DNA from: an uncultured Chthonomonadaceae bacterium
GTDB lineage: Bacteria > Armatimonadota > Chthonomonadetes > Chthonomonadales > Chthonomonadaceae
Reading direction: 5' to 3'
Length of the DNA: 64,000 bases
Assembly: GCA_963817895.1 (NCBI GenBank)
Contig: CAWFQB010000002.1
Span: 352,001-416,000, forward strand
Shown: positions 33,698-45,734 of the stretch, piece by piece
How positions within the stretch are numbered: position 1 is the first letter of the stretch
Layout of the letters: each line of letters begins with the position of its first letter
Notes under the pieces: model-generated
What the model saw: the letters and a program-made list of their open reading frames with translations, nothing else
The model's database searches: none
What the model was told of the DNA's origin: nothing
Program-made: the position numbers and the translations under genes

Positions 33698-35378
33698 TAA
33701 AATCCTGCCGCGTGGCCGTCGCAACGCGGGTCGGAACCGCCATGATACGCGCCGGTTTGCGGGTCGCGGGCAATAAGTTGGTACGAACTGCTGTGTCCCC
33801 ATTCCGGCAGCCAGTCTACCGCGTGTCCCCGCGCTTCCAATTCCTCGCGCACTCCTGTTTCTATACGCGATTCGATTGCCAGAACTTCCCGCCCTGCTCC
33901 AGATTCTGCATCCCCCCTCGTCACCACTTCGCCATGCTGCCACCGCGCCGCTTCAATCGCCTCCTGCGGGTTCATGCCATAATCTATGATATTGCAAATC
34001 ACCTGCAAATTGCTCTGCACCTGCACATCCGCGCCGGGAGTGCCGCCGATAAAGGCAAGGGATGAGGGATGAGGGATGAGGGATGAAGCGTGGAAGTTGG
34101 CATTGTAATCATCTTGCATCCTTCTCCTTCTCCTTTTCTTTATCCTTTGTCACGATATACGCATTGAGCGTGTGGGCGGTGCGCTTGCCGGGGGCGAGGA
34201 CATTGACATCGGTCGGGATCGAGGGAAAAGCCGGTCATGCGGTTGTTGAACAGGATGCCCGTACCCGGAACAATCACGCCGCTGCCCCACACATAAAAGA
34301 CGCTTTGTATGAAGCTGATGGCGTTGCCTTCCGCGTCGGCAATGCAGAAGTAGGTGGTGTCGTGATGGATGTTGCCGGGGCGGGCGCGATTGGCGGCGTG
34401 ATGCAGGTCAATCTCATTCCGGCGCTGTTCGGCGTAGGGTTTGGACAGCAGCGTATCTATGGGAACCTTAACAAAGTTCGGGTCGCCCAGATACGCGGCG
34501 CGATCCGCAAATGCCAGTTTCTTGGCTTCCACCTGTACGTGAATCGCGTCCGCGCTGTTGTGGCCCATGCCGGCAAGGTCGAAACCCTCCACAAGATTAA
34601 GTTCCTGTAACAGAATATGCCCCTGCGATACGGGCGGCTGACCGTGAACCGTGTAGCCGCGATAGTTGGTTTTAATGGGTTCCGTGATTTGCGTTTGGTG
34701 GTTTGCGAAGTCTTCTGAGGTGAACAAACCGCCATTGGCATCGCTGTATTCCAGAACGCGGCGGGTGATTTCACCCTTATAAAAAGCGTCGCGCCCGCCG
34801 TCTGCAATCTGTTGCAGCGTCCACGCGAGTTCAGGCTGATGAATGGTTTGGCCGGGAATGGGAGGAGTGTTGTCGGGCAGCCAGATACGCGCGCTGTCGG
34901 GAAACGGGCGCAGAGTGGGGGCGTTCATCCGGCAAACGCGGGACATGCGGTAACTGAGCGGAAAGCCGTCCTGCGCGTATCCGATGGCGGGCGCAAGCAG
35001 TTCCGCAACGGGCAGTTTGCCCCACTTCTCATGCAGCGCGAACCATGTATCCACCAGACCGGGTACGCTTGCCGCCGACAAACCGCGCAGGGGAATGGCG
35101 TTGCCGAAAAGCGCTAATGTGGCGCGGCCCGGCGCGGCTCCGCTGCCGTTCAACGCCGTTGTTTGTTCGGTTTTGGCGTCGTACACGATCACGAACGCAT
35201 CGCCGCCGATCTGACTGGCCGAGGGTTCCACAACCGCAAGCGTTGCCGAAACCGCAAGCGCGGCATCCACGAACGTTCCCCCGCGCATCAGCACGTTCAA
35301 GCCCGCCGAAACCGCGAGGGGCTGCGACGCCGCCACCATGCCCTGCTTTGCCACCACCACGCCCCGATGCTGTGCCAT
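33697..35378 (-). CDS. ggt: Gamma-glutamyltransferase family protein, frameshifted, with a repeat insertion
   Basis: GMVAASQPLA, IGGDAF, DTTYF nucleophile, PGKR..HTL, GTPGAD.Q.Q and GSDPR.DG motifs. Confidence 0.9.
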
Positions 35379-35407
35379 GCTTGCCTCCAAAGAAATGAAG
35401 TTAATAC

Positions 35408-35568
35408 TTTTCACCACCAAGACGCCAAGAACACCAAGAAATTCAGAAGAGAGTACAAGAATACTAAAAACCACGCATCTATTGATGTGAATGTCCCGAT
35501 CCCTCTTAAATCCGTTCTTTTATCTTCTCTTGTATTTCTTGGTGTTCTTGGCGTCTTGGTGGTGAAAA
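35408..35568. repeat. Perfect 35-bp inverted repeat built from 9-mer units
   Basis: ttttcaccaccaagacgccaagaacaccaagaaat (35408-35442) and its exact reverse complement (35534-35568). Confidence 0.88.
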
Positions 35569-35640
35569 CTTACGAAGTTTACTTGAATTGCGGTACTATT
35601 ACCACAACTTCGATTGAACTGGAAAGGCTTATCCAAAACT

Positions 35641-38091
35641 ATGCGCTTTCATACGGTTCCGTTCGCGTTTGCTGTTGGCGTTGTCGCGTCCATAATAAGT
35701 GCGTTGTTTGCCGCTCCTGTCTACGCGCAAAACGGGTACCAGAAACCTCCCGCCGCGATACTGAATGTACTGAATACGCCGCCGCCGCCAACAACGTCCC
35801 TCAGCCCGGACGGAAGCGCGTTGCTGCTGGAAGAGTATAGCCGTTATCCGGCGATTGCGGAAATCTCGCAGCCCATGCTGCGGCTTGCCGGACTGCGCAT
35901 CAATCCTGATACGAACGGCCCGCATCTCGCTTTTCATGGCCGCGCGCTGACGCTGAAAATGCTGGCAGACGGCAAAAGCCATGCTCTTGCCCTGCCGCCC
36001 AATGCGTTTCTCAGCGCGCCCGTGTGGTCCCACGACGGCAAACGGTTCGCGTTTACCAATACTCTGCCGGGACGCATTGAACTATGGATTGGCTCAACAG
36101 AAAGCGCGACTGTAAAACGCTTTCCCATGCCGAATGTCAATGCCGCCTTTGGTCCCGGCCTGCAATGGATGCCGGACAATAAAACACTGTTGTGTCCGGC
36201 TGTTCCTCCGATGCGAGGCAACCCGCCTGTCGCGCCCCGTGTTCCGTCCGGTCCCATGGTACAGGAGAGTGAAGGCAAGGCCGCGCCCGTCCGCACCTAT
36301 GAGGACATGCTGCAAAACCGGCATGACGAAGACCTGTTTGAGTATTATGCCACGTCGCAATGGATGCTTGTCGAGCCGGATACGGGCCGCGCAGGTTCCG
36401 TGGGGCAAGCCCGCCATTTACCAGAACGCCGAGCCGTCGCCGGATGGCAGGCATCTGCTTGTCAATCGCGTTCATCGGCCTTTTTCGTATCTGCTGCCCG
36501 CGTCCGAGTTCCCGCATGATGTGGAGATATGGGATCGGCAGGGGAAAGTGGAAGCGCAAATCGCCAGCCTGCCGCTTGCCGACAACGTTCCCATTGATGG
36601 CGTTCCCGTCGGCCCGCGCAGCGTGCAGTGGAAGCCGACGGAACCGGCGACGCTGTTGTGGGTGGAAGCATTGGACGGCGGCAATCCCAAAACCAACGCC
36701 GCGTACCGGGATCAGGTACGGATGCAGGCCGCGCCGTTCACGGTTCCGCCCCTGACGCTTGTCCAGACCGAACAGCGCTTTCAATCCCTGTTGTGGACAG
36801 CCGACGGCAAAAGCGCCCTGCTGCGCGACTACGACCCGCTGAAGCGCCGAACCCGAACGTTTTTGCTGTCCGGCAATCCGCCCGCAACTCCCCTGCGCCC
36901 CTGTGGGACAAGTCCAGCGAAGAGCGGTATACCGACCCCGGCGTAGCCCCTGCTTCGTCGCCTGCCGACCGGCGGAAACGTCTTGTGGGGGCAGGGCAAT
37001 ACGATTTATTTGAGCCGGTTTGGGCGCGTCCCCGACCGGCGACCATCCATTTTTAGACCGCTTCAATGTGATGACGCGGCAGGCCGAACGCCTGTTTCAG
37101 TCGGATAACGCGGGTTACGAAACCGTAGTCGGATTGCTTGCCCCGGATGGCAGCCGCTTCGTCACGCGCCGGGAAACCCAAACCGAGCCGCCCAATCTCT
37201 ATATTCGCAACGCGAAAAGCGACGCGAAAACCGCCCTGACCGATTTCCGCGATCCGTCCCCGCAACTGCGTGGCATCACCAAACGGCTTGTCACCTACAA
37301 GCGCGCGGACGGCGTACCCCTGTCGTTCACCCTCTATCTGCCTCCGACTACAAACCGGGCGAACGCCTGCCGACGGTTATATGGGCGTACCCGCGCGAGT
37401 TCGGGGACGCGAATACGGCGGGGCAGGTGTCCGGTTCGCCCAACCGATTCACCACGATTGGCAGCTACTCGCACCTGTTCTTTTTGACGCAGGGCTACGC
37501 GGTTCTGGACGACGCGACGATGCCGGTAGTCGGGGACAGGGAAACGCAGAACAACACCTACATCGAGCAGATCGTTTCCAGCGCGCAGCCGCTATTGATA
37601 AAGCCGTTGAACTGGGTGTCACGGACCGCAACCGCGTGGGCGTGGGCGGACACAGTTACGGCGCGTTTATGACCGCAAATCTACTGGCGCACTCCGATTT
37701 GTTCCGGGCGGGCATTGCCCGAAGCGGAGCCTACAACCGCACGCTCACGCCGTTCGGATTCCAGAGCGAACGGCGAACGCTATGGGAAGCGCCCGACATG
37801 TACATGAAGGTATCGCCCTTTCTGTACGCGGATAAAATCCGCGCGCCCCTGCTGATGATTCACGGCATCGCGGACGACAACCCCGGCACGTTCCCCATTC
37901 AAAGCCAGCGCATGTACGAGGCGATACGCGGCAACGGCGGGCATGTTCGCCTTGTCATGCTGCCCGACGAAGCGCACGGCTATCAGGCGCGCGAGTCCGT
38001 AGAACATGTTCTGTACGAAATGGTGGCATGGTTCGACAAATACGTCAAAAACGCGCCCCAACCCTCCTTCAGCGGCAGTGGAGGAGAGTGA
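35641..38091 (+). CDS. Secreted S9 (prolyl oligopeptidase-like) peptidase, several frameshifts
   Basis: Signal peptide; YQKPP, LRLAGLRINP; GGHSYG nucleophile, DDNPGT, EAHGY. Confidence 0.9.
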
Positions 38092-38260
38092 AGGAGAGCG
38101 ATTATTCCGTTAAGTTCGCCTGAAATTGCATCATTGAACAATATAGCAGGTAATATGTAGAAATTGAACGTAAACCTGCGCGTTGCGCAGAAAAAGCATA
38201 AGCATGATCTAACCGGAAGATTGTACGCGATACGGTCAGGATAGCAGGTTAGGACTTAAT

Positions 38261-41200
38261 CTGATAAGTCAGACGATTGCAGGCTATACCATTGTCGAGC
38301 GACCTTATCGCGGCAAAACGTCCCTGGTTTACCGGGCCATACACCCGACGGACGCGCGCCGCGTGGTCATTAAAACGTCGGCTACACCCATCCCGATGAG
38401 CAGGAACGGGAGCGCCTGCGCCGCGAATTTCGGCTGATGCGGCAGATAAGCGATCCGGGCGTGGCGCAGGCGTTTGCGCTCGAACCCTGCGGCGACAGCC
38501 TGGCCCTGATCATGGAACACGCGCCCGGACAAACGCTGCATGCCTACCTGAACGGCGTGGCCATGCCGGTATCGGAGTTTTTGCCGACCGCCATTGCCCT
38601 GTCCGACGCGCTGACAGCCGTTCACAAAGCGGGAATCGCGCATCGAGACGTGACGGCTTCCAACATCGTGCTGCACCCGACCAGCGGCAGCGTCAAATTG
38701 ATTGACTTCGACATCGCTTCCGCCCTGCCGCGCCTGGCCCCGTCCACCCGCAATCCTCATGCGCTGGAGGGAACGCTGGCCTATATCGCGCCCGAACAAA
38801 CGGGGCGCATCAACCGCTCCGTGGACAGCCGCGCCGATTTGTACTCGCTGGGCGTGGTGTTTTACCAGATGCTGACCGGCAGCCTGCCCTTTTCGTCCCG
38901 CGACCCGCTGGAACTGGTGCATTGCCACCTCGCGCAGACGCCGCCCGATCCCACAAGAGTAGAATCCTGCCGTTCCGCCCGTTCTGGCGCAAATCGCGCT
39001 GCGGTTGATGGCGAAAATGCCGGAAGACCGCTATCAGAGCGCGGCGGGCCTGAAAGCGGATTTGCAGAAATGTCTGAACGCAGAGCCGGGACAGCCGTTC
39101 CCCGACTTTGTGCTCGGCGAAAACGATGTTTCGCCCCGGTTCGCGCTGCCGGAAAAGCTGTACGGGCGCGAACAGGAAATTGCGCGACTACAGACCGCCT
39201 TCGCGCAAAACGATAATCAACCCCGGCTTGTGCTGATCCGGGGCTATTCCGGGGTCGGCAAATCCCGGCTGGTGGCGGAACTGCAGGGCGCGATTGCAGA
39301 CAGGCGCGGTTTTTTTCTCACGGGTAAATTCGATCAGATGAACCGCGATGCGCCGTTCCAAACACTGCGCAATTCATTTCGCGAGCTGATGCGGCAGATC
39401 ATGGCGGAAAGCGAGGAGGCCGTTGCCCAATGGCGCGAACGCCTGCGGGACGCCCTGGGAACAAACGGACAAATCGTTGCCGAAGCCCTGCCCGAACTCA
39501 CGCAAATTCTCGGCCCGCAGTTGCCCGTTCCCCTCTTACCCCCCGTTGAATCACAAAATCGCTTCGAGCGCGTGTTTCGAGCCTTCCTACAGGTATTTTG
39601 TCGTCCAGAACATCCTCTGTGCCTGTTTCTGGATGACCTGCAATGGATTGACGCGGCCACGCTGGCGTGGCTGGAAACCACCGTCGGGGATGTGGCATTG
39701 GGTTCGCTGCTGCTCATCGGCGCGTACCGGGAGAACGAGGTCAGCGCGTCCCATCTCCTGCAAATCGCGCTGGACCGCATCCGGGAGCGGAATCTGCCCC
39801 TCGAAACCCTCCTTTTGCAGCTACCCCCTTTTACCGCCGTGTCGCGCTTTGTGGCGGATGCCGTACATGTCGATGAGGCCGGCGCAAGGGAACTGGCGCA
39901 GGTTCTTTACGATAAAACGCAGGGCAATCCCTTCTTCCTCAACCAACTGCTGCTGTCGCTGCATGAAGAAGACTTGTTGCGCTTCGACTATGTTCATCTG
40001 CGGTGGACATGGGACATCGAGGCCATTGCCGCCCGCGAGGTCAGCGTCAATGTGGTCGAACTGCTTGTAGACCGCATGGCCCGCCTGAGCGCGGAGTGCC
40101 GGGAAATGCTGCCGCTTGCCGCCTGCATCGGCGCGGAGTTTACGCTCGGCCTGCTGCAAAGCGTGAGCGGATGGGAGGCGCAGGAACTGGAAACGCGCCT
40201 GTACGAAGCCGCCACTCTGGGCCTGATTGCGCCGACCAACTCCGAACGGGCGTTTCGCTTCCGGCACGACCGCGTACAGCAAAGCGCTCTCTTGCTGCTG
40301 TCGGAGGCGACAGCGGATCGCGTTCATCTGCTGATCGGGCGCAAGATGGTGGCGGAGGGCGCGGACGCGCCTGCCGATCCCCGCTTATTTGCCGCGCTCG
40401 GGCATTTACTGGCTGCTGAAGACCAAATTACCGACCATGCGGAGCGCGAACAAATCGCGCGTTTGAGCGTCACGGCGGCGGGGCGAGCGCGGCGGGCGAC
40501 GGCGTATGCGCGGGCGTTGGACTATTGCCGCGCCGGAATGCGTCTGATGGCCGGACTGGAAACCGCGCAATCGCCCCTGTGGCTCGAGTGCCTGCTGGAA
40601 AGCGCGCAGGCCGCGTATTTGAGTGGCGACGACGCGCAGGCGGAACAATTTTTCGCGCGCGCTCTGGAGGCCGGCACAGACGATTTCGACCGCGCCCGCG
40701 TGTACGAGCAGAAAACGCATTTTCTAACGCAGAAGGCGGATTTTCCCGGCGCGTATGCCTGCGGGCGCGAAGGCGCGGCGCTGTTCGGCGTGTGTCTGCC
40801 TGCCGGCTTCCATCCCGCGTATCTGGCGCGTCAACTCGCGCTTGTGAAAGCGGGAATGCGGGGGCGCAGTCCGCGCGAACTCGCCGGCCTCCCCGAAATG
40901 ACCGACCCGCGCCTGCGGATTGGAGCGCGGCTGGCAACCGCCGTTCTCAAAGCGGCGTACCAGATCAGGCCAGAATTGTGCGTGGCCGGCTCCGCCACTC
41001 TGGTCAATCTGTGTCTGCGGCGCGGCAACTTTCCCGAGTGTCCCGTCGCGTATTTGCCCCTGGGTCCTATTTTTCTGGGCGGCGTCCTGGGGCGGCATAA
41101 GGCCGGACACGAGTGGGGACAGCTTTGCCTTGCGTTGCTGGACAAATTCCATGTTACTCAGCAAACGGCAGAAGTAAATTTTGTATACGCCTACTTCGCG

Positions 41201-43771
41201 CATGCCTGGCTGCGTCCTTTAGAAACCACGGAAGCCTATTTTCGAGTCGCATACCAATCCGGCGCGCAGATGGGGGACTTTTTCCATGCGGGTTGCGGGT
41301 GCAGCGGATTGGCGCAACACGCGCTTATGCAGGGCGCAGACTTGAATTCCGTGTTGGCGGAGTGTGAGCGCGGCATGGACTTTTTGGAACGGGTTCAGAA
41401 TCGGGAAAACCTCGGCACGCTGCTGGCGGTTCGGCAGGCGGTACGGTGTCTGCGGGGGGAAACCCACGCTCCCGACTCGTTTGCCGATGCGACCTTCGAC
41501 GAAGCCGCCTATGTCGAAGAGCTGAAAGGGTACGGCTCACCACATTTCGCGCACTATTACCATGTCAACAAGCTGCAAACGCTCGTCTTGTGGCGCGAAC
41601 ATGACGCGGCGTTGAACGTGGCGCGGGCTTCGTCCGCCTATTTGAAATCGTCCATCGGGATGCAGCATGCTGTGGAACACCATTTTTACGCGGGACTGCT
41701 TTATGCGGAATTAATCGCTCTGCGCCGCCCCGGCCCGCGCCGTCGCTGGCTGCAGACTCTGCGCGCCACAATCCGGCGGTTCCGGCAGTGGGCGCGAAAC
41801 TGCCCCGAAAATTTTCTGCATCGCGCTCTGCTGCTGGAAGCGGAACTGGCGCAAGTCACGGGACAGGATACAATCGCCGGGACGCGCTACGACCAGGCGA
41901 TTGAAGCCGCCGCGCAGCGCGGGTTTGCCCACCACGAGGCGCTTGCCAACGCGCTGTGCGGGCGCTGGCATCGGGCGCGGGGACGGATGCGTAACGCGCG
42001 TTTTTACCTGCGCGAAGCGGCGTATGGCTACCGGCGCTGGGGCGCGACCGCGATTGCGGACGCGCTCATCGAGGAGATCGGCGAATGGGTGTCCCGGGAG
42101 CAGAGCAGCGCGGAGGCCGCCGAGTCCACCAGGGCGGCGAGTGGCTCGACGCGCCACGACGCGCTAAATCTGGACATGGATACAGTGGTGAAAGCGGCGC
42201 AGGCGATTGCCAGCGAAGTGAAATTGTCTGAACTGCTGGCGCGGCTGCTGCATCTGGTCATGGAAAACGCGGGGGCAACGCGCGGTATTTTGCTCCTCCC
42301 GCGCGGCGGAGATTATGTGGCGCAGGCCGAGGGGAACGGCGCGGACATTCAGGTTAAATCCGGCTTGCCGCTTGCCGAGCATCCCGCTCTGGCGCGGTCA
42401 GTCGTTAATTATGTCGCGCGTTCGCGTGAAACCACGATTGTCAATCGTATGGGGCAGGACGCCCGATTTGCCGCCGACGCGTATTTACAGGCTGCCAGAC
42501 CGCGTTCCGTGTTGTGCGCCCCGCTCCTCAATCGCGGCGTTTTAAGCGGCATCCTCTATCTGGAAAACGGGTTGATTGAAGACGCTTTTACCGCTTCGCG
42601 CATCCAACTGCTGCAACTGCTTTCCGCGCAATTCGCTATTTCCATCGAAAACGCGCTGGCGTATGAAGTGCTGGAACAAAAGGTACAGGAGCGCACAGCG
42701 CAACTGGAAGCCCGCAACGCCCTGATACAGCAGATTTTCGGACGCTACAACACGCCGGAAGTTGTGGAGCGACTGCTGGAAGACCCCGGGGGGCTGAAAA
42801 TGGGCGGCGAAAAGCGCGAAGTGACCGCGCTAATTGCCGACCTGCGTGGGTTTGCCGCCTGCGCGGAGAGTCTCGCGCCCGACCAGGTGGTAACGCTGAT
42901 TAACAATTTTCTGCGGGTAATGACCGAAATCATTATTGCGCGCGGGGGAACAGTCAACGGACTTACGGGCGACGGCATGCTGGTGATATTCGGCGCTCCC
43001 CTCTCCTGTCCCGACCATGCCAATCGCGCGGTCAGGTGCGGCCTGGCGATGCAGCTTGCTATGGCGCAGGTAAATGAGTTCAATGCCGCGAATGGCCTGT
43101 CCCAGGTGCAAATGGGCATCGGCATCAGCACGGGCGAAGTGGTTGCGGGCAATATCGGCTCCCTGCAGCGCGCGTCTTACACGGTCATGGGAACCGCCGT
43201 CAATCTGGCCTCGCGTATTGAATCCGTAACTACAGGCGGACAGATTTTTATTTCCGAAGCCACGCTGACGCAGGCAGGCCCGGATGTAGAGATCGGCGCG
43301 CGGCTGGAAATCGAGGCCAAAGGCTTCCGTGGCAAAATTGCCATCTACGATACGCGCGGGGTCGCGGGCAGGGACAGCCTGCGCTTACCCGAAGAGACAT
43401 CCGAACTTATTCAGTTACCACACCCCATTGCCATTCGCTATACGCCCCTCAAAGACAAAAGCATGAGCGGCGAATCACAGGCGGGACGTATTACCTGGCT
43501 GTCCGAAGTCGAAGCGCATATCAGCGCGCCCAATCCGCCCCCGCCACTGACCGATGTGGCCGTCCGGCTGGCGCGGGAGGATGGGAGCGCGATAGACGCC
43601 CTGGCGTATGCTAAAGTGACAGCCGACGCCGCGCGAGAGGGAGCCGATTTTGTGTGCCGGTTCACCTCCGTGGAAACGGAAGCGCGCGATTTTTTGAATC
43701 TTGCCGTCATGCCATGCGCCCTCGTGAAAAATATAGAGGTAATAAAGGAGGAATTGACAACACAAAAGTGA
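38261..43771 (+). CDS. Ser/Thr kinase - AAA/STAND ATPase - TPR-like - GAF - class III cyclase; start uncertain, frameshifts near 38390 and 38970
   Basis: VVIK, HRD, GTLAYIAPEQTGR; LYGRE, GYSGVGKS, LDDLQW, GNPFF, F.HDRVQQ; GAF SVLCAPL..LYLEN; ADLRGF/GDG/AVNLASR. Confidence 0.88.
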
Positions 43772-43845
43772 ATAGAAGCATCGTAACTCATATCTTCAAA
43801 AACTACCCGCCGCAATACGCCGCGCTGTTCGCTGAAAGGGACTAC

Positions 43846-45696
43846 ATGAGCTATCTCGATGTACCGCGAATTCACATTGCGGGCCGGTTTTTTACCGACC
43901 CATCTTCCATTAACAATGACCCTGCCCATTATGACCCGAACTGCGAGCGCCCGTCACCCTGGCAAATGCCCAAAGGCAAGCACTACTTCAAACTCGTTGA
44001 CTGCGCTGTCCGCTCGGTACTGAACGATGTGGGCGCGTCTCCAACCGATGACCCGCTGATCGGAGCGCCGTTTCTAAGCACCGATTTGTTTGTTACGCCG
44101 CCCATGTTCCAGGAGAACGCGCCCTCTTCCGCAGCGAAAATGATTGATCTGGATGTGTACCAGCAGGGCGTATCCACGATTTACGGCCTACAGGTGCAGA
44201 TTGCTGTCAGCGAGACGGTTTCGCTCATCGGAAATGTACTGCCATCTCCGTCCCTGAACAGCTACACGTTCAGCCGCGTCCTGCCCACGCGCGGCTGGAA
44301 CGACGATTCGCAGCAGGCGAGCTACGGCAACGACATCAACGCCTGCGGCAATTTCCAAACTTGTATTCGCGTCCCCATTGCGAACTGGCCGGTAAATGCC
44401 TCGCCCGTCCTCGACCTTCTGCGCGCCAGAACCATTACCGAAAATGGCGACGTTCTGCTGGCCCTCAAATTTACCCTCGATGCTTTTAATAACGTGTATT
44501 TCGGCTGCCCTTCCGAAAATTGCTATCATGGCCGCTTGACGGGCTGTATCGGCCCGATGAAGGCCGGCGACCCGCTACAGGCTCCCGGCGCGCGCTGGCT
44601 GGCGGCCCGCGCGCTGCCTGCCAACGCGCCCTGGTTCGTGCCGACGTTCAATTCTGCGCCGTTTCAGGTGGACGCCACGCGCCGCAAACTGGTGGTGGAC
44701 CTTGCCAACAGCCTGTGCCTCGAAACCATCGGCGGCCCTCCGGTTGATCTGGGCGTGTTAAGCGCCGTGATGGGAGGGGAAGACGGACCGGTTACATTGG
44801 GCGCGCTGCAGTACGATCAATTCGGCTATGAAAATAATGCCGGAATCGCGGAACTGGATTTGACCGACGCGCAGGTACAGCAATTGGCGCATTCGCCGCT
44901 CGCTCTGGTCACCTCGCGGCAGGACATCGGCCCGCAGGCCGTGCTGTCGGAAGACCCTTCCGGGCTGTGGTGGGCGGTGGATACCCGTATTCTGCGCATG
45001 AGCAGCGAAGCGAACAGCGCAGCCAGTGTCGCGACGATTCGGGTGCATGCCACGCAATGGGGCTTGCCCGCTCCCCATGTCGCGCTGCAGGCGCAGGTGG
45101 TTCCCGTTCAGGGCACTACCCCGGGCGCGACCGTGCCGCCCACCTATGCGGGGGATACCTTCAATGCTGAGGGCGCGTTGACGGCCTCCATCACGCCGAC
45201 GGATTATGATGGTTACGCGCAATTGACCCTCAATGTCATCAAAGACCCTGGCTCCCGTACTCCCTGGCTGGACAGCCAACTCTACTTCGTCAATATTTAC
45301 AGGGACGCCCCGCAGCAGGGACAGGTTCAGGAACAGCAATTGTCGTGCCAGGTATGGGCGCGATACCCGGTCAATCCCAATCCGACCTGGGATGTGATTG
45401 CCGCCATGATGGCTGCGTATAACCGGTTATACCCGGCCATGAGGGAGATGATTGATCTGACGGATGAACACTCGTTCCGCGTATTCGCCTTCAATCCGCC
45501 CTGGTCTGTGCCGGACGGCATCACCTTCAACGTGCCAGCCGACTATAGCGTGGATGGTATCAACAGCGGCGCAATCCCGTTTTTCCTGACCCGCGATGGG
45601 GATGACCCGCGCTTTATGCCGCCCACTCGCGACCTGTCGCCCAATAAAATTCAGACCATTCTCAACTACATCAAGAACAATCCGCCGCAGTCGTAA
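43846..45696 (+). CDS. Hypothetical protein resembling the VioB N-terminal region, without a ferritin-like domain
   Basis: MSYLDVPRIHIAGRF..DPSSINND start, AKMIDLD, LYPAM and MPPTRDLS motifs recalled from VioB-like proteins; GAAAGGGA RBS. Confidence 0.6.
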   Translation: MSYLDVPRIHIAGRFFTDPSSINNDPAHYDPNCERPSPWQMPKGKHYFKLVDCAVRSVLNDVGASPTDDPLIGAPFLSTDLFVTPPMFQENAPSSAAKMIDLDVYQQGVSTIYGLQVQIAVSETVSLIGNVLPSPSLNSYTFSRVLPTRGWNDDSQQASYGNDINACGNFQTCIRVPIANWPVNASPVLDLLRARTITENGDVLLALKFTLDAFNNVYFGCPSENCYHGRLTGCIGPMKAGDPLQAPGARWLAARALPANAPWFVPTFNSAPFQVDATRRKLVVDLANSLCLETIGGPPVDLGVLSAVMGGEDGPVTLGALQYDQFGYENNAGIAELDLTDAQVQQLAHSPLALVTSRQDIGPQAVLSEDPSGLWWAVDTRILRMSSEANSAASVATIRVHATQWGLPAPHVALQAQVVPVQGTTPGATVPPTYAGDTFNAEGALTASITPTDYDGYAQLTLNVIKDPGSRTPWLDSQLYFVNIYRDAPQQGQVQEQQLSCQVWARYPVNPNPTWDVIAAMMAAYNRLYPAMREMIDLTDEHSFRVFAFNPPWSVPDGITFNVPADYSVDGINSGAIPFFLTRDGDDPRFMPPTRDLSPNKIQTILNYIKNNPPQS

Positions 45697-45734
45697 GAGG
45701 GCTGTCGGCTCGAATTTTTACGAGGATACATACT

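Noticed and set aside
35378..35474. N-terminal extension of ggt (MVFSILVLSSEFLGVLGVLVVK)
   Set aside because: It is read-through of the nonamer repeat arm; the RBS-supported start is at 35378
43846..45696. Violacein/indolocarbazole biosynthetic cluster
   Set aside because: No tryptophan oxidase, VioE or monooxygenase genes, and the protein is much shorter than VioB
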